Part shown: positions 59,151 through 64,000 of the stretch, in pieces
Layout: each line of letters starts with the position of its first letter
How positions within the stretch are numbered: the first letter of the stretch is position 1
Source: Chrysemys picta bellii
Lineage: Eukaryota
DNA: 64,000 bases
NCBI RefSeq assembly: GCF_011386835.1
Contig: NC_088794.1
Span: 6,076,001-6,140,000 of the forward strand
Direction: 5' to 3'
The notes under the pieces: model-generated
What the model was told of the DNA's origin: nothing
Seen by the model: only the letters and a program-made list of their open reading frames with translations
Database searches by the model: none
Made by a program: the position numbers and the translations under genes

Positions 59151-59794
59151 TTTAGGTCACATGGGAGCAGTAGATAGTGGGATGCCAATCTGTCGGCTTC
59201 TAACTTTGTTCAAGTTCTTTGAAGCGTTGATGCTGCTCTCCATCCCTTTCCCCTGTTTTATGCATTCCATAAATCTGAACCTCCCCCTAGCAATAATTAC
59301 TTCCAGTCAGGAGTAAATGTGGAGAAGTTTATTGAAAATGCATTTTCTGTTACAGTTATTTAATTATTTTGTAATTGCGGAGAAAATTAGAATTGAGTCA
59401 TTCCTAACACTGGTTTTTTGAGAGCCCAGAGATAGAAACTTTATAAGCAGTTTCCAGATAGAATGCAATGGATACTTTTTTCTTTTCTTCAGAGATGTCT
59501 AAAAACTTGGGATTGGAGTGGCAAAAAATTGCTGAAGATCAGGGTTGAGGGGCACTGGCAGACTCAGGGGTTCAGAAAGGGCTGAAATAGCATAGAGTGA
59601 TGCATAGAGTAATGGGATGAAGGGCATGGCTGGGGCATATCACACCCTATATAAGCGATAATGTGTGTGTCTCTCTAGTAGTGATGATGAAATGGAATTT
59701 AAAAATACCAGGATGAGCATGTCATGATAGGGACTAACGACTTGTGATTCTACTATGGAAAATCATTCCTCATTTATCTACTATAATTCTTTCA

Positions 59795-60330
59795 TTTTGT
59801 TGACAAAAGAGTGAATATGGGGGGAACCATCTGACATAGTATACTTGGACTTTCTTTGACAAAGTCCCTCACATGAGGCTATTAAGGAAGTTAGGTAGTC
59901 ATTGAATATGAGGCAAAATGCTGCCATAAATGAGAAACAGGTTACGCCACAGAAAACAAGTGCCCAGATCCTCAGAGATGTCCAGACCCCTAACATCCCT
60001 TGATTTCAACGAAGTTAGGAGCCTACCTACCTTTGAGCATCTGGGCCAAAGAGTAGAATAAACAGTCAAATATTTATTAATGATCTGGTACGGGGAGCGA
60101 GCAGTGAGGTGGCAACGTTTGCAGATGGCATGGAATTGTTTTGGTGAGTCCAGGCTGGGAAATGAGAGTGAAAACTTCAGAGGGACCTAGCTGAAAGTTG
60201 TGGGAATGGGCAGCTCAATGGCAGGTGAAGTTAATTGTTGACAAAGAATTTGAACAGCTCACGTATGATTCTGTGTTCTAAGGTCAGTAACTGCCAGTGA
60301 AACATTCTCTGGTGTTACTGTGAAGAGCTG
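59795..60330 (+). mobile_element. Highly degraded CR1 RT remnant
   Basis: Pieces resembling DIVYLDF..DKVPH.RLLRKL and IFINDL..G..SEVA.FAD; interrupted by a short palindromic element. Confidence 0.7.
59962..60047. mobile_element. ~86-bp palindromic MITE-like element
   Basis: gcccagatcctca(g)ag ... ctttgagcatctgggc inverted termini. Confidence 0.6.
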
Positions 60331-61554
60331 AATGACAACTTCTCCCCAGGGAAATGGAAAGTTGGCAAATTCAGACCTGAACCATGGAAATACTGGTGTT
60401 AGTCACAAAACAGGGGAGTTTTTACACAGCAAATTTGTTTTTGTTTTCTAAGAAAATATTAAACCCCAGAAAAGTTCAGCCTAAAACTTTTGGCTGAAAA
60501 CCAGAAATGTCTCTTTGGAAATGATTCCCTGTGGCCTTAGGGGAATTATTGTTTGGGTGTCTCATGTGGCAATTCTCCTTAAAGAGCTGGGGTGTCTGGC
60601 AGGACTGTATCTCCCATTGTTCGGATCCTGGGGTGCCCAGACTATGGCCTGCAGTCCATATATGGATCACCAGAGCATTTTCTAAGGTTTGAAGCCCACT
60701 TCAACACAATCTACTGACGGCCAATTCAGGGGCGCTGGAACAATTTTTATAGTGGGGCTGCTGAAATCCCCTAGGTCCAGAACCTAGGGGCCAATTCATT
60801 AGTGTTTAGGCGCTATGTTTACATCATTTTAGTTTACACATGTGTGTAAATAGACAATCCTGTACATAGAAACAACCCAAAGACACATGAAACAAGCTGA
60901 ACTTAAAATATAAAGCAATACAGGTGACTTTAAATCTTATTAAAATGTGTAGAATCTGCTTGCCCCCCACTGTTTGGTTTATGTGGCTCTCCTGTGTAAT
61001 AGGGTTGGGCACCACTGTAATCTGATCCATTAAGACAATTAAATACTGTTGAGGATCGGGGCCTGTGTTCCTATGTGCAGCGCTAGTCAGGAAAGCAAAA
61101 CTAACATGTCAGACTGCGTAAGGGATAAGATAGATTTGCAGATTTTAAGGCCAGAAGGAACCATTATTATTACAATTAATAATTAGCAGCACTTTTTGTT
61201 TAAAGGCCCTCTCTTCTAAATGCTTAAACATCGGATTGCGTCCCTGGATTATATTTTCAGTGCTAGGTCTCTGTTGAACCAAGACAACATCCAAGCAGCC
61301 CGTTGTTACAGCACCTGTGGGTGTGTCTGTACGGCCGCTCAGAGCGTTCACTCAAGCTAGCATGCTACACGTAGTCATGTGGACATTGCTGCACCCGTGG
61401 CAGCTCAAACTAGCTGGCGGTCTCCAGGCCTGCACGACCCCTGAGTCTGAGCTCATGCGGCTAACCAGAGCCACTGCCAGTGCCGCAATGTCTAAACACC
61501 AAGTTTTACACATTAGCTCTAGAGGAGCTAAAGTGAGTCTGCCTAACCGGCTGG
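60106..61554 (+). repeat. Tandem array unit 1 (1449 bp)
   Basis: Collinear with 61555-63323 and 63324-64000. Confidence 0.95.
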
Positions 61555-61768
61555 GAGGTGGCAAAGTTTGCAGATGACATGGAATTGCTTTGGTGAGTCC
61601 AGGCTGGGGAATGAGAGTGAAAACTTCAGAGGGACCTAGCTGAAAGTTGTGGGAATGGGCAGCTCAGTGGCAGGTGAAGTTAATTGTTGACAAAGGATTT
61701 GAACAGTTCACGCATGATTCTGTGTTCTAAGGTCAGTAACTGCCAGTGAAACATTCTCTGGTGTTACT

Positions 61769-61982
61769 AGAAGAACAGGAGGACTTGTGGCACCTTAGAG
61801 ACTAACAAATTTATTAGAGCATAAGCTTTCGTGGACTACAGCCCACTTCTGCATCCGAAGAAGTGGGCTGTAGTCCACGAAAGCTTATGCTCTAATAAAT
61901 TTGTTAGTCTCTAAGGTGCCACAAGTCCTCCTGTTCTTCTTTTTGCGGATACAGACTAACACGGCTGCTACTCTGAAACCTT
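61769..61982 (+). mobile_element. Young Penelope-like inverted pLTR insertion
   Basis: Perfect 82-bp inverted repeat (61769-61850 / 61859-61940); 12-bp TSD tctggtgttact (61757-61768 / 61983-61994); empty sites in units 1 and 3. Confidence 0.92.
61851..61890 (+). ncRNA. Minimal type-I hammerhead ribozyme motif (CCGAAGA core variant)
   Basis: GCAT-CCGAAGA-a-GTGGGC-tgta-GTCCAC-GAAA-gct-t-ATGC: stem I GCAT/ATGC, 6-bp stem II, palindromic AGCT stem III. Confidence 0.6.
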
Positions 61983-63323
61983 TCTGGTGTTACTGTGAAG
62001 AGCTGAATGACAACTTCTCCCCAGGGAAATGGAAAGTTGGCAAATTCAGACCTGAACCATGGAAATACTGGTGCTTGTCACAAAACAGGGGAGTTTTTAC
62101 ACAGCAAATTTGTGTTTTTTTTAAAGAAAATATTAAACCGCAGAAATTTCAGCCTAAAACTTTTGGCTGAAAATCAAAAATGTCTCTTTGCCCTGTGGCC
62201 TTAGGGGAGTTATTGTTTGGGTGTCTTGTATGGCAATTCCCCTCAAAGAGCCGAGGTGTCTGGCAGGACTCTATCTCCCATTGTTCTGATCCCGGGGTGC
62301 CCAGCCTATGGCCTGCAGTCCATATATGGACAACTAGAGCATTTTGTAAGGTCTGCAGCCCACTTCAACACAATCTACTGACGGCCAATTCAGGGGCGCT
62401 GGAACAATTTTTATAGTGGGGCTGCTGGAAGCCATTGAACCAAACAGTAAGCCCTGTACAGGATGGAAACCACTTCAAGCCAGGGGGTGCAGCAGCAGCA
62501 TCCCTAGGTCCAACACCTAGGGGCCAATTCATTAGTGTTTAGACGCTATGTTTACATCATTTTAGTTTGCACAAGTGTGTAAATAGACAATCCTGTACAT
62601 AGAAACAACCCAAAGACACATGAAACAAGCTGAACTTAAAATATAAAGCAATACAGGTGACTTTAAATCTTATTAAAATGTGTAGAATCTGCTTGCCCCC
62701 CACTGTTTGGTTCATGTGGCCCTCCTGTGTAATAGGGTTGGGCACCACTGTAATCTGATCCATTAAGACAATTTCTTATGGCCCAAATTCTTGGGAGTTA
62801 GGTGCCTAAATGCTGTTGAGGATCGGGGCCTGTGTTCCTATGTGCAGCGCTAGTCAGGAAAGCAAAACTAACATGTCAGACTGCGTAAGGGATAAGATAG
62901 ATTTGCAAATTTTAAGACCAGAAGGGGCCATTATTATTACAATTAATATTGAGCAGCACTTTTTGTTTAAAGGTCCTCTCTTCTATATGCTTAAACATCG
63001 GATTGCGTCTCTGGATTATATTTTCTGTGCTAGGTCTCTGTTGAACCAAGAGAATTTCCAAGCAGCCCGTTGTTACAGCACCTGTGGGTGTGTCTGTACG
63101 GCCGCTCAGAGCGTTCACTCAAGCTAGCATGCTACACGTAGTCATGTGGACATTGCAGCACCCGTAAGCAGCTCAAACTAGCTGGCTGTCTCCAGGCCTC
63201 CACGACCCCTGAGTCTGAGCTCATGTGGCTAACTAGAGCCACTGCCAGTGACGCAATGTCTAAACAGCAAGTTTTACACATTAGCTCTAGAGGAGCTAAA
63301 GTGAGTCTGCCTAACCGGGCTGG

Positions 63324-64000
63324 GAGGTGGCAAAGTTTGCAGATGACATGGAATTGCTTTGGTGAGTCCAGGCAGGGGAATGAGAGTGAAAACTTCAGAG
63401 GGACCTAGCTGAAAGTTGTGGGAATGGGCAGCTCAGTGGCAGGTGAAGTTAATTGTTGACAAAGAATTTGAACAGCTCACGCAAAATTCTGTGTTCTAAG
63501 GTCAGTAACTGCCAGTGAAACATTCTCTGGTGTTACTGTGAAGAGCTGAATGACAACTTCTCCCCAGGGAAATGGAAAGTTGGCAAATTCAGACCTGAAC
63601 CATGGAAATACTGGTGCTAGTCACAAAACAGGGGAGTTTTTACACAGCAAATTTGTGGTTTTTTTTAAAGAAAATATGAAACCCCAGAAATGTTCAGCCT
63701 TAAACTTTTGTCTGAAAATCAAAAATGTCTCTTTGGAAATGATTCCCTGTGGTCTTAGGGGAGTTATTGTTTGGGTATCTCGTATGGCAATTCCCCTCAA
63801 AGAGCTGGGTGTCTGGCAGGACTCTATCTCCCATTGTTCGGATCCCGGGGGTGCCCAGCCTATGGCCTGCAGTCCATATATGGACCACTAGAGCATTTTG
63901 TAAGGTCTGCAGCTCACTTCAACACAATCTACTGACGGCCAATTCAGGGGCGCTGGAACAATTTTTATAGTGGGGCTGCTGGAAGCCATTGAACCAACGT
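63324..64000 (+). repeat. Tandem array unit 3 (partial, continues beyond the window)
   Basis: Same junction as unit 2; lacks the Penelope insertion. Confidence 0.95.

Larger units (their letters stand above)
61555..63323 (+). repeat. Tandem array unit 2 (1769 bp, includes a Penelope insertion)
   Basis: Begins gaggtggcaaagtttgcagatgac after the junction gcctaaccggctgg. Confidence 0.95.

Noticed and set aside
60106-64000. Repeat-spacer (CRISPR-like) interpretation of the repeated segments
   Set aside because: The units are kilobase-sized and wholly homologous, with no short repeats separated by unique spacers; the context is vertebrate.

Overview
Vertebrate genomic DNA, most likely a turtle (inferred from the repeat complement: CR1 LINEs, a tRNA-headed/CR1-tailed SINE, Penelope-like inverted pLTR insertions, and many Harbinger and hAT MITEs). 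The window is part of a class II (gamma) olfactory receptor (OR) cluster. It holds five intact single-coding-exon OR genes: 8855-9799 (-), 20295-21233 (+), 29316-30254 (+), 40769-41725 (+) and 50488-51423 (+). There is also one OR broken by a single-base deletion near its 3' end (55669-56606, -) and a ~100-bp OR relic (~53264-53362). Most intergenic DNA is transposon-derived. Large-scale structure: an inverted duplication flanking a 500-N scaffold gap (3357-5866); a segmental duplication that produced the 20.3 kb and 29.3 kb ORs, with copy-specific LTR, hAT and CR1 events; a ~1-kb direct duplication containing a 307-bp near-identical island; and a ~1.45-1.77 kb tandem array running off the right end. 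The most interesting signals are a conserved homeodomain + O/E + TATA + splice-donor module ~3.2-3.8 kb upstream of three paralogous ORs, a decayed Cys/Trp-rich viral-glycoprotein-like frame (45500-46320, -), hammerhead-ribozyme motifs in Penelope insertions (one within a perfect 82-bp hairpin), and mosaic divergence between the duplicated ORs. No CRISPR array, rRNA gene or bona fide tRNA gene is supported. I found no clearly new multi-gene system. All alignments and counts were done by eye and are approximate; repeat-family names come from pattern recognition, not a database search.
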